Shown here piece by piece: positions 45,527 to 54,754 of a DNA stretch of 64,000 bases. The DNA comes from a virus (taxonomy: Duplodnaviria > Caudoviricetes). Under the pieces are notes generated by a model that was not told the DNA's origin, did no database searches, and saw only the letters and a list, made by a program, of their open reading frames with translations. The stretch lies in IMG/VR virus record IMGVR_UViG_3300050034_000334. The stretch is one strand, 5' to 3'. A program made the translations under genes and the position numbers. Position 1 is the stretch's first letter. Each line of letters starts with the position of its first letter.

Positions 45527-45834
45527 TTCGCCACCGACTTGTCCTTCACAACCTCATGCGCCTTGACGCAGACGATGGTAAGCGTGTCATCGTTCACCGT
45601 GCCGTAGCAACGGTACTCGTTGTTGGGATCGTCCACCGTAAAAATGTAATGTCCGTCGGAAGTCACTTTCTCAGTGGCCGTGGCGTACCTCGTGATAACC
45701 ATGGTGCCTGAATTCATATACCAAACATCCTCTGGGTATATTGCCTTCGTCTCTGGCTTGGCTACTGGCAAGGCTGGCTTGACCGTCTGCGCCGAAAGCG
45801 CTGCTGCGAATAGGAACACTGCGAGTGTCTTCAC
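45523..45834 (-). CDS. Secreted hypothetical protein
   Basis: GTG start; signal peptide KTLAVFLFAAALSAQ. Confidence 0.65.
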   Translation of the reverse strand: MKTLAVFLFAAALSAQTVKPALPVAKPETKAIYPEDVWYMNSGTMVITRYATATEKVTSDGHYIFTVDDPNNEYRCYGTVNDDTLTIVCVKAHEVVKDKSVAK

Positions 45835-46703
45835 TTCGTCTCCTTTGCGATCTCTTCCATAACAGTTGCTGCTAGCGTATTTGGGTCCCACGCTGCACCG
45901 TTAACCAGCTTCGCCTGCTGGAACCGCTTGGTGATGCGCTCCTGGAGGGTGGGCGGCAGTGATCCGTCCTCTACGCGTGCACGAATCTTGCTGGATGCGA
46001 ATAACGCATCGCTAACGTTCCATCCGTGCTCATCTAAGAGGTATGCCGCCGCCGCCTTCGACCACCGCGCATTGCTGTCCTGCTGAATTAGGCGGATTAC
46101 TGCATCCACCGCTTGCCGATTTCGTCCTGCTTCTTCTGTCCGAAGATGGTTAGCCTGTAAGAATGCAGACATTGCCCTATCAGCCAGATCGCCGTCTACC
46201 GGAGCGGGCTGCGTTCCCCTGTGCTGGTCTTCCCAGTCGGCTTGAGCGACGGATGCAATGGAAGTAGGAGCCGCGACATCGCATTTGTCGCGTAGGTCGC
46301 GCAGTCGGGTACACGTGTCGTTCCATGTCGGACTATTACCTGCCTCGTCTATGTAGCGCCCCTGAACCCATTTGTTGAGCATATCTACTGCGTCTGCGAG
46401 AGCGTCCCAGTCAGCTTTGGTAAGCATCGCGGATGGTTGCATAGCGGGTCGCTTGGCGAGAACTTCGTCTACGCGAGAGAATACGACATCTCTGCACGGT
46501 ATGCACAGATCGTGCCAAATCTCATCCTTTTCCTGAGGTGTCAGCGGCGCAGCCGGTTCCGTGGGAGCGTACTGCACGTGTGGGGCAATAGCTGTAAGAA
46601 TCTCGTCAGGGTCTAGAATTTTGACTAAGCTCTGCTTTGCCAGCGCCGCTTCGTTCCATGCCCGTTTTGCATTCTGCCTCATTGTTTCCGTCAATTCCAT
46701 CAT
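45831..46703 (-). CDS. Hypothetical mosaic protein
   Basis: GGAAGGG SD; 290-aa ORF. Confidence 0.65.
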   Translation of the reverse strand: MMELTETMRQNAKRAWNEAALAKQSLVKILDPDEILTAIAPHVQYAPTEPAAPLTPQEKDEIWHDLCIPCRDVVFSRVDEVLAKRPAMQPSAMLTKADWDALADAVDMLNKWVQGRYIDEAGNSPTWNDTCTRLRDLRDKCDVAAPTSIASVAQADWEDQHRGTQPAPVDGDLADRAMSAFLQANHLRTEEAGRNRQAVDAVIRLIQQDSNARWSKAAAAYLLDEHGWNVSDALFASSKIRARVEDGSLPPTLQERITKRFQQAKLVNGAAWDPNTLAATVMEEIAKETK

Positions 46704-46791
46704 GCCCTTCCTTTCGACTCCCGGTAAATCTCTTTCTGTTTATCCAGCCACTTTTTCGATACTACTGGAGGCGCAACCTTCATATGTATTC

Positions 46792-47100
46792 CTACCATTT
46801 TATTTTCTCTTCCTGTTTACTCCGCAGATGTTTTCCCATGCGCGTTAGGATACCGTTGATCCTACCGACTCTGTTCTTCAGTATCTTCTTCGCTTTATAT
46901 GCGGCGTACTGAGCACCACAAAGAGGGCAATCATTCATTTCGGCTTCTTCATCATCGCACTCCCCAAAGCCGTATTCCTTTCCTGCCGCCTTCCAGTTTC
47001 CGATATGGTCATTTCCTACATTATTCTCTTCTAGCAAAGAGCATTTCAAGGCTTTTGTACGTTCGTACTCATTGAGATGATCGATCGCACGCAAGAGCAT
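46792..47100 (-). CDS. Hypothetical protein
   Basis: CPLCG motif. Confidence 0.5.
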   Translation of the reverse strand: MLLRAIDHLNEYERTKALKCSLLEENNVGNDHIGNWKAAGKEYGFGECDDEEAEMNDCPLCGAQYAAYKAKKILKNRVGRINGILTRMGKHLRSKQEEKIKW

Positions 47101-47458
47101 AGAACGCCAAAGATATTGAAGGTCTTAGGAAATGCTATGTATTTTATGGTGCTCACATCACTCCTGAAGATTACGCAGTTCTCAGAGGATCGTATACTGG
47201 ACCTGTATACCCCTATTGGGAATATATCAGGAGATTGGCAATCAAAACATCTCTCTTGTTACGATCTCTCAATTTCTTTTCCGCATCACAGCATTTCCCA
47301 ATCCACAGTTTTCGCTCGGAGTCGTACTTGATGATCTTCTTGTTCGCCGATGAAAAGACGCAGCGCAGGTTGATCACCCAGGAAGACTGTATAACGCAGT
47401 GGAAAACCAACCTGCGCTATCAGGACACTAAAGTACCAACAGTGTGTGGGTTGAAGTT

Positions 47459-48142
47459 TTAGGACTTTTTTAACCAAGATCCAGTCTCAGGATTTCTTGA
47501 CCTGAGAGCCGCCGCTGCTACCATCTTCTTTGAAATTCTTTCTCTGTATTCAGGATCCTTCCATCTTTCTCTGGTACTCTTACCCACGGCCACCTTGAAC
47601 TCTTGTGTATCCCAATGCATATTTTCTCTTGCATTGGGATCCTTAAAGTACTCTCTCACTCTTTCTCCCACCACCTTTCTCTTCGAAGGATCGTCTTTGT
47701 AGTATTCATCCCACATTTCTCTCATGTGCTTCTTATGCTCCGGACTTCCTATCACTAATCGGAGTTTCGCTGGCATTCCTCGTTTTACAGCTTTTCTAGA
47801 CTGGAGTTTTCTACTCTCCTCCGAAAACTTGAATCCTAGCATGGAGAACGCTGTTCTACACAGATTGTAGCCGAACTCAGTCAGGTAGCATTTCGTTTTA
47901 TCTATCCAGTGCTGCTCTCTTTCTACCAATTTATCCTTTTCACAGTGCTCGATGATAGAGAACACAAACTTGTCTTCTCCATACTTATCCCAGGCTCTCT
48001 GAAATTTGCTGTTAGGGTGAATGCCTCTTCTCAGATCCTCTATATGACATTTCCTCCGCCGGTCAAGTTCAGTGGATGACCCAACGTATCTCTTATTGTT
48101 CACGATGTTTAGAAACTGATATACTCCTGATGATTCTCGCAT
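47459..48142 (-). CDS. GIY-YIG homing endonuclease
   Basis: SGVYQFLN..KRYVGSS..RRKCH..FQRAWDKYG..EREQHWI..FGYN. Confidence 0.88.
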   Translation of the reverse strand: MRESSGVYQFLNIVNNKRYVGSSTELDRRRKCHIEDLRRGIHPNSKFQRAWDKYGEDKFVFSIIEHCEKDKLVEREQHWIDKTKCYLTEFGYNLCRTAFSMLGFKFSEESRKLQSRKAVKRGMPAKLRLVIGSPEHKKHMREMWDEYYKDDPSKRKVVGERVREYFKDPNARENMHWDTQEFKVAVGKSTRERWKDPEYRERISKKMVAAAALRSRNPETGSWLKKS

Positions 48143-48150
48143 GAGCTCAT

Positions 48151-48180
48151 TACCCCAAATGTTATTTGACTTGGTAGATC
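48151..48180 (+). promoter_or_regulatory. Phage promoter motif variant TACCCC-N18-TAGATC
   Basis: ATG 48186 lies 5 nt downstream. Confidence 0.65.
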
Positions 48181-48185
48181 TAAGT

Positions 48186-49208
48186 ATGGATACGAAAGTT
48201 GAATCAATAATAAGACGTATACAGAAGCTGTTCAACATGGCGAACAATGCCGCCGGAAATGAAGAGCAGGCATCATCCGCACTTGCCAAAGCGCATGAAC
48301 TCCTGATGGCTCACAATCTGAGTCTGGCTGTAGTTCAGGACACCGTCGTGAAGGGTGGAGTCCAGAACGGCACCGCCGTCACTGAGGAAGTCCGCAAGCC
48401 TGTCACCATCAAGCGCAGCGCGATGTACAAGTGGCAACGCCGGATGTGGGGCACCCTGGCTCATGTCAACCACTGTTTTCACTGGGTTCACGATGTCAAG
48501 GATGGGAATCACAAGAGCCGTTGGGATGACGGATACAAGACCGCTCGCTGGGTGAAGCGCCACGTCATCTTGGGTCGCGAGAGCAACGTGATCGTCGTCA
48601 ACCTGATGGGCGAGTATCTCTGTGACACCATTGAACGCCTATGCCCCTATGCTCCGGTCGACCGTCTGAGCCGCGCTGCGGTCAGTTGGCGGGAAGGGGT
48701 TGCCGACCGACTCACTGAACGTCTGGTCGATCAGCAGGAGCAAGAAGAGGCAGACAATCGTCCTCCCTGCCCTGAATCTCCAGGCCTCAAGAAGAAGTGG
48801 ATGGCTCAGTATGCCACCATGGCCCTGGCTCTCAAGGATGTCCGCAAGACGGAGTACGAAGCCAACTATGATGCCGTCCGTGGCGAAGGTGCCTACAAGA
48901 AATCTCAGGAAGCACGCAAGGTATCCGCAGTCGAAGCTGAGAGAATTCAGCAGGAGCGGATCGAGTTTCTACAGAACGAAAGTCCTTCGGATAAGAGGAA
49001 GCGCGAAGCTGAAGAAGAGCGCAGACGCATTCGTTCGAACGTGGAAGCGGAGCGCAGCTATCGCCGGCAAGAGCGTGAACGGCTGGACGATGCGGCTCGT
49101 ACCGACTGGCGCGCATATGACAAGGGCAAGAAGGTTGGTGATGGCATCAGCCTTACAACTCAGGTGGGTGGTTCAAGCTCCAAGCCCACTCCGGCACTGG
49201 AGGGATGA
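48186..49208 (+). CDS. DUF2786-like domain protein
   Basis: IIRRIQKLFNMA..NEEQASSALAKAHELLMAHNL; SWREGV; AYDKGKKVG. Confidence 0.75.
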   Translation: MDTKVESIIRRIQKLFNMANNAAGNEEQASSALAKAHELLMAHNLSLAVVQDTVVKGGVQNGTAVTEEVRKPVTIKRSAMYKWQRRMWGTLAHVNHCFHWVHDVKDGNHKSRWDDGYKTARWVKRHVILGRESNVIVVNLMGEYLCDTIERLCPYAPVDRLSRAAVSWREGVADRLTERLVDQQEQEEADNRPPCPESPGLKKKWMAQYATMALALKDVRKTEYEANYDAVRGEGAYKKSQEARKVSAVEAERIQQERIEFLQNESPSDKRKREAEEERRRIRSNVEAERSYRRQERERLDDAARTDWRAYDKGKKVGDGISLTTQVGGSSSKPTPALEG

Positions 49209-49588
49209 TGGCTGACGATTTTGTAAACGAGCACTGCGACTTCTGTTACTCAACAAACGTGGTCCACCATTTTCCTTGTCTGGACTTTGACAGTGAATCA
49301 AAGAACTCGGGTGTGGTATTCCTTCATCCAACGGATCACCTGCCGGTCAATGTCGTCCTTGCAAGCAGTGACTACTGGGCTGCCTGCCCGGCTTGCAAGG
49401 AACTGGTCGAGAAGGAGGATGTCCTCGGGCTGGTGAAACGAGCGATTGAGGAAGACGAAGAGGGAGAAAGGCTTTCCATCACCAGCAAGTTGAAGGTTGC
49501 CATTCACCTGCGCCAGACCTATGAGATGTTCTTCAAGCTGCGCATCCGCGATGGGAAGAACAGGGTCGTCCCTGTCCCTGAGTCTTAA
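49205..49588 (+). CDS. Zn-binding hypothetical protein
   Basis: CDFCY..WAACPAC..LVE. Confidence 0.65.
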   Translation: MMADDFVNEHCDFCYSTNVVHHFPCLDFDSESKNSGVVFLHPTDHLPVNVVLASSDYWAACPACKELVEKEDVLGLVKRAIEEDEEGERLSITSKLKVAIHLRQTYEMFFKLRIRDGKNRVVPVPES

Positions 49589-49629
49589 AGGAAAATCTCA
49601 CTACACAATCCTATCTTAGAGGATAGGTC

Positions 49630-50130
49630 ATGAAATTTGCGTCGAAACTTCTTCTTGCTACTTTCCCCACGAGGATTGACATTCCCGAAGAGCAGCGTGT
49701 GGCACTTGTAGCTCTGATGAATGCGACTTTGAAGAGCACCATTTGCGCCTCTTTGGCAGTCAAGTTTGCTCACTGGAATGTGAAGGGAGGAGGTTTTCAT
49801 CCCACCCATAAACTCTTTGACGACATCTATGAGCATTTGCTTGATGCCGGCGACACAATCGCAGAGCGCATCACTGCCTTGGGTGGAGTGGCAGAGGGCC
49901 TTTACCAGATGTTGGGAGAGCAGCCTGTGTATCAGGCCATCCAGCCTGGACAAGACGTGACCTCTCACATCCAAGCCGTGGCTGACACTCTTGGAAATGT
50001 GATCAATCAGTATCGGAAAGCCTCTGAGCTATCCGGAAACATGGATCTGAACACCCAGGATGTGTACATTTCCCTGGGTCGTGACATCGAAAAAGATTTG
50101 TATTTCATCGAAGCGACAGAGAATGGTTAG
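49630..50130 (+). CDS. dps: Dps/ferritin-like DNA protection protein
   Basis: HWNVKG..F..THKLFDDIY..DTIAERITALGG; D.NTQD..EKDLYFIE. Confidence 0.88.
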   Translation: MKFASKLLLATFPTRIDIPEEQRVALVALMNATLKSTICASLAVKFAHWNVKGGGFHPTHKLFDDIYEHLLDAGDTIAERITALGGVAEGLYQMLGEQPVYQAIQPGQDVTSHIQAVADTLGNVINQYRKASELSGNMDLNTQDVYISLGRDIEKDLYFIEATENG

Positions 50131-50157
50131 CCGATCCTGGCTCTCTGATGGTAGAGA
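50128..50157 (+). promoter_or_regulatory. Phage promoter motif TAGCCG-N18-TAGAGA
   Basis: ATG 50163 lies 5 nt downstream. Confidence 0.75.
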
Positions 50158-50162
50158 GTATC

Positions 50163-50441
50163 ATGGCTCAGTGCATTATTTGCGGTGCTAAACGGTCAAT
50201 CGGTCGCGGTATCTGTATGAATCAGTGCTTCTGGATCCTCCCCGGATGGGTGGGATTCAATGTCAGCACAAGCGAATACAAGATCGTCGATCACCGGGCC
50301 ACAGGTCTGTCCAGCCTCTACAGCTTCAATCGCAAGACCGGAAAGGTCACTCCTCCCACGTTTCCGAAACTGGTGGAGTGCGCTCAGGCTTTGGGCTGGC
50401 CAGGCAGTACCTCTTCGCCAAGCCAGCCAACTTTCTGCTAG
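50163..50441 (+). CDS. Hypothetical protein with CxxC
   Basis: MAQCIICG; leaderless-type start. Confidence 0.6.
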   Translation: MAQCIICGAKRSIGRGICMNQCFWILPGWVGFNVSTSEYKIVDHRATGLSSLYSFNRKTGKVTPPTFPKLVECAQALGWPGSTSSPSQPTFC

Positions 50442-50557
50442 TAGTCGTTGTCGTCATCCCACCACATCACATCCGACGAATTCTTGCTGGAGTACCTGAC
50501 CAGCCAGATAAATCCAACTAGCAGTGCTCCTGCAACGATCAAGCCTACAACCTTCAT
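50438..50557 (-). CDS. Small membrane protein (39 aa)
   Basis: MKVVGLIVAGALLVGFIWLVRY..; overlaps upstream stop; found manually. Confidence 0.5.
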   Translation of the reverse strand: MKVVGLIVAGALLVGFIWLVRYSSKNSSDVMWWDDDNDY

Positions 50558-51231
50558 TACATTCCCTTCTGTGAATTGTACCGTCTCAAGTTGATCTTAT
50601 TTTGAGTTTTCTTCAGACAACCGCAACTCCGAGTGTGACCACTACGCAGATTGCTCCCATAAGCAGGAAATAATTTTCCACAACGACAGCGACATAGCCA
50701 TCTTGCGTCACCTTCGGAATTATTCTCCAATCGTTCTAGTACATTAATACCACCAAAATCCACTCCTGACAAGTCTTTGAATGGTGCTCCTGGCCAAATT
50801 CCTATATTTTCTTGAGTTTGTTTCCTGACGCGAATACTTTCTAGAGTCGCCTCAGTAGAAGGCTTGTATCCCTTCTCTCGGAAATTTCTACTCATGAACT
50901 GTTTCCACTCAGGAGTATGTGGTCCTGTAAATCCTTCCCCACCTTTGCAGATGTTGTATCCAATCTCATGATCACGAGTTGAGAAGATCTCAATCAGCGT
51001 CTGTTCCCAGACACAAAGAGCCTCGTTGCTAGTGCAATCATTGATAAGCGGAAAGATTTGAAAGTGTTCCTGACCATGCTTGCGAATAGCAGCATACAGG
51101 TGAGAGCGCAGCGAAAGATAGTTCTTTGCGTCGTAGAATTTCTGCTTCAAATATCGAGAAAGACAAGACCCGGTAGTCTTTCCAATATAGCATTTTCCAT
51201 CAACATCATTGACTATCAGGTAAACAAACAT
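50557..51231 (-). CDS. GIY-YIG endonuclease fused to Cys-rich DNA-binding module
   Basis: FVYLIVN..CYIGKT, HLYAAIRKHG, GYNICKGGEG; WLCRCRCG..HTRSCGCL. Confidence 0.85.
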   Translation of the reverse strand: MFVYLIVNDVDGKCYIGKTTGSCLSRYLKQKFYDAKNYLSLRSHLYAAIRKHGQEHFQIFPLINDCTSNEALCVWEQTLIEIFSTRDHEIGYNICKGGEGFTGPHTPEWKQFMSRNFREKGYKPSTEATLESIRVRKQTQENIGIWPGAPFKDLSGVDFGGINVLERLENNSEGDARWLCRCRCGKLFPAYGSNLRSGHTRSCGCLKKTQNKINLRRYNSQKGM

Positions 51232-51275
51232 TTCTGACCTCCTAGTCTGATTCAGGAAGTCAGAAACGTAAGTTG

Positions 51276-53843
51276 CTACATTCCCTCTCCGGATCCTTCG
51301 AGGTTGGCATCGTCTTCCTCTTCGACTTCGTCGAGGCCCATACCCTTTGCCAGTCTCTTCCACAGATCGGTCTTCTTGATGATGACGTCTGTGATGCTTC
51401 CGTACAATGAACCGAGTAATTCATTAAACTTGGAATCGTTGACAGTGAAGAGGTCGTCTTCTAGTTGGCGCTTGACTGTCTCGGCATCGATGTTCAGGAA
51501 GTCCAGAATAATCGATACTGGGAGAGAGCCTTTTGAGTAGATATTATACAACATGTCGTAGAGGTCACCACTATCCCTCAAAGCCATACGAGAGAAGGTT
51601 ACGTGCGGATACACCCACCTGGGTCGTCCAAATTTATCAACTTCATAGAATCCCTTCTTCATAGCGATGGGCTTGAAGATCTGATCCTCAATCAGTCCAC
51701 TGATGAGATCACGGAACTGGACATATCTGGTGTTAAGGATTTCGAGCTGGATGCGGTTTCCAGAATACATTCCTTCACCAATGAGGATCTCAGGAGAAAG
51801 TCCAAGTCCGATTGCGAGATCGGAATTGGTGTGAGCCCATTCTCCGTCCAGAGATAGGAGCCGTCCTTCACTTCCAATTTCATTCCACTGACAGTCATAG
51901 TTCACCACAATCGTATAGTCTGGATCGGCAATCGCTTCGTCCACGTGAGCACGAAGGGCTGCCAACTCGGAGGTTGGGCATTCAGGAGCGATGATCAGCC
52001 GCTTTGGCGTCATGTTACGCGAAGCGATCATGGTCTGCGCCTGACGCAGTTTGTCACGATAGAGAATGGTGCGCAGTACCGGCTGCAGGCTTGAACGACC
52101 GTGCAGTTCATACCCGCTCTTCTTGCGAGCGAAGTGAATGACGTACGATCCTTCGAAGGGATCCTGATTCAGGTTGATGGCGCCAGTAGCCTGCAGTCCA
52201 TCCTTCACACTCTGAGGAACATTGATGTCCTCGGTGTACTGCTGCTTCTGCTGCTCTGGTGGCTTGTAGTAGATGGAGGGACCGTCGCCTTCCATCTCAC
52301 CATCGTTTTTGACTTCAATCTGCTCAGGAGGAAGAGTTCGGATGCGATCAATGCCCAAGTAGTCCGGATTGACCACGTGACTGAAGAGCTCAAGTTCTTC
52401 GCCGCGCTGCTTGCTGACTTCCTTGAGTTCCTCGAGCAGTTCCTTCTTTTTCTTGAGGAGCTTCAGGTAATGCTTGAGTTCCATCAACTCTCGCTGGCGA
52501 GCCACCGACTGACCGATAGCCATGGCAGGAGACCCACCAACTTCATCGGCTGAAACTCCACCGCCGCCTCCACCACCGCCGGAAGGAATGGGGCCACCGT
52601 CATCGCCCATGACTCCTGCGCCACCGCCGCCACCCATGGGAGCACCTTCACCACCGGCTTCGGGGTTGCCATCCTCATCCTGACCACTGGCGCCAGGAGC
52701 ATCATCGGACATCTCTTCGTTGGCTTCACCGGACTGAGCACCAGCCGCCTCAGCATCAACAGGAGGTTCAGCAGGCGGAGCAGCCATCTTGTGGATGAGC
52801 TCAAGTGTATCCGAAGATCCGTTCGCGATGATCTTTCCCTGCTTGTCGAACTTCAGGTGATGCTTGGCCATGAAATCAGCCAGAGACTGGGCACTTGCGA
52901 GCAGTCTCTTTTGAAACTTGTAAATCTGTGCATCTACCAGCGTCAGGTTCTCTTTGGGATTGAAAGAGATGCCGGCTTTCTTGATCTTGAGGATGTCCTT
53001 CTTCATGCTTTCAGAGGACTGATGGAGGGCCGGAGTCAGCCAATCCATGCCATGGCTTTCACCGCCAAGTTCGGCATTCTGAGATTCCTTCATGGGATCG
53101 TTGCTGGGACCGCCGCGTTTGTTCTTACTGAGAGCCTTCTGGGCTTCCTCGCAAACTTCAACTTTCTCTTCTGGTTCCTCAACAAAGAGGAATGCCTCGC
53201 CGATGGTCCAGTATTCACGGACTGCATCGATCAGGGTTTGGAACATCTTGGTATCGTTCACCATGCCCTGGTAGAAGTCGAAGACGAAATCAGCAAATTC
53301 TTCCGATGTGCACTTGGGCTTCTCCAAGGTCATCTTGGACATCGGGAGTTCTGTGTGCAGGTTGATGGCGGAGTTGACCACAGGGTCGCGGTCATAGGCG
53401 ATGCGATAGTAGCGAAGCTCTTCAGGTCGGGAAGCAGGAAGCTCGAGGGCGTCTACCGGGAACTCGAAACCCATGTACCCGATGTTGCCTGAGTCTCCAA
53501 TGTTCGCATATCCCAGATTGCCATCACTGAACAGGCCTGCTACTTTGCTGGCAGCACCGCCGCCTCGAGCAGCTTCACGGATATTTCGAATCCGATCCCG
53601 ATAAGCAATGTCTTCTCCCAGTCGTCCTTGACCATCGACCGCACTGTAACGTCCAGCACTGCCATACTCGCGAGTGCGGGTGGTCGTGGTTCCATTTGCA
53701 TCAACAGTTGTAACGACCTGCGATGCTATCTTCCGAGGAGTCACCACCTGAGAAGGATTGACTTCCACGTTGGATCTGTTCCTAGCTTTGTCCTGTGGAA
53801 GCGGAACCTTTGCCACTTTCGTGACTTTTTCATCATTGGGCAT
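51276..53843 (-). CDS. Portal protein with large acidic/Gly-rich insertion
   Basis: YYRIAYDRDPVVNSAINLHT, YWTIGEAF, HFARK..HGRSSL..LYRDKLRQAQ, FKPIA..P.VTF; near terminase. Confidence 0.8.
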   Translation of the reverse strand: MPNDEKVTKVAKVPLPQDKARNRSNVEVNPSQVVTPRKIASQVVTTVDANGTTTTRTREYGSAGRYSAVDGQGRLGEDIAYRDRIRNIREAARGGGAASKVAGLFSDGNLGYANIGDSGNIGYMGFEFPVDALELPASRPEELRYYRIAYDRDPVVNSAINLHTELPMSKMTLEKPKCTSEEFADFVFDFYQGMVNDTKMFQTLIDAVREYWTIGEAFLFVEEPEEKVEVCEEAQKALSKNKRGGPSNDPMKESQNAELGGESHGMDWLTPALHQSSESMKKDILKIKKAGISFNPKENLTLVDAQIYKFQKRLLASAQSLADFMAKHHLKFDKQGKIIANGSSDTLELIHKMAAPPAEPPVDAEAAGAQSGEANEEMSDDAPGASGQDEDGNPEAGGEGAPMGGGGGAGVMGDDGGPIPSGGGGGGGGVSADEVGGSPAMAIGQSVARQRELMELKHYLKLLKKKKELLEELKEVSKQRGEELELFSHVVNPDYLGIDRIRTLPPEQIEVKNDGEMEGDGPSIYYKPPEQQKQQYTEDINVPQSVKDGLQATGAINLNQDPFEGSYVIHFARKKSGYELHGRSSLQPVLRTILYRDKLRQAQTMIASRNMTPKRLIIAPECPTSELAALRAHVDEAIADPDYTIVVNYDCQWNEIGSEGRLLSLDGEWAHTNSDLAIGLGLSPEILIGEGMYSGNRIQLEILNTRYVQFRDLISGLIEDQIFKPIAMKKGFYEVDKFGRPRWVYPHVTFSRMALRDSGDLYDMLYNIYSKGSLPVSIILDFLNIDAETVKRQLEDDLFTVNDSKFNELLGSLYGSITDVIIKKTDLWKRLAKGMGLDEVEEEDDANLEGSGEGM

Positions 53844-53884
53844 AACAGAACCTCATATATTGCACCGAATAGCCAGAATTTGAG

Positions 53885-54526
53885 CTATTTGGAGTCAATC
53901 TCTGCTTTAGCTGCCTGGAACAGAGATTTGATATCGACCGCATCCTCTGGTGGAGTGTTGGGTAGATCTGCAAGAGGTTCGTTTGTGATTTGATGTTTGA
54001 TGGTGGTCGCCTTCTTGCGACGCTGGACTCTCTTATGTTTCTCGTGAGCCTCTTCCATGTGTCGGGCTTCTTCGATCTTCATCTTCCTGAGTCCGTCCAA
54101 CTCGTCAAAGACAACTCTCATCTCTTCGGCGATTGGCTTCAACTCATCCATCTGAACTTGAGAGTGTTCCTCAAGGAATCGTTTGAACCAGGACATGGTG
54201 ATGCGAGAGGCTTCGCATGCGTTGGTCAGGATTTGTTTCTGGAGATCAGAGCGAGAAGATTTCAGATGGAGGGCGAGTCGGAGGATTTCCTGTGACTCAT
54301 TGGCAACTGCATCGGCCCTGGCTGCTAGAGCCTTGCCCAGACTGTTTTCTTCTCGAGTCAGGATGATGTGATCCATCAGGCTGACCATCGCGACATGACA
54401 GGTTTGAACAGCCTGCACTGCATAGGCCATCTGCTTGTAGAGAGTGGAAGCATCGTACTCGAGAAGAGGACTGTTGCGGATCATCTTCACGTTGTTAGTT
54501 GGTGCCTTGGATTTCTTAGCCATCAC
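53885..54526 (-). CDS. Helical hypothetical protein
   Basis: 213-aa ORF coupled to upstream gene. Confidence 0.65.
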   Translation of the reverse strand: MMAKKSKAPTNNVKMIRNSPLLEYDASTLYKQMAYAVQAVQTCHVAMVSLMDHIILTREENSLGKALAARADAVANESQEILRLALHLKSSRSDLQKQILTNACEASRITMSWFKRFLEEHSQVQMDELKPIAEEMRVVFDELDGLRKMKIEEARHMEEAHEKHKRVQRRKKATTIKHQITNEPLADLPNTPPEDAVDIKSLFQAAKAEIDSK

Positions 54527-54747
54527 TTCTCCAGAATGTTCTCAACTGGACATCCCATCCAGTAGTGACACCGGCCACAGTAGGGGACTCCATCAACATC
54601 ATAGATGCCGTTGTCCTTCTCATCATGCAAGTAACCATTCTTGCCAGAGACATGAGGAGCTTTGGGACAATCTCTACCATGCACAAGCAGACCTGGATCG
54701 TGAAGAACTTTTGTCTCTTGAGCAATTCCAAATTTCAGAAAACTCAT
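54523..54747 (-). CDS. Small hypothetical protein
   Basis: GGAG SD; HGRDCP..GYLH..YCGRCH. Confidence 0.65.
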   Translation of the reverse strand: MSFLKFGIAQETKVLHDPGLLVHGRDCPKAPHVSGKNGYLHDEKDNGIYDVDGVPYCGRCHYWMGCPVENILEK

Positions 54748-54754
54748 GTCGTCC

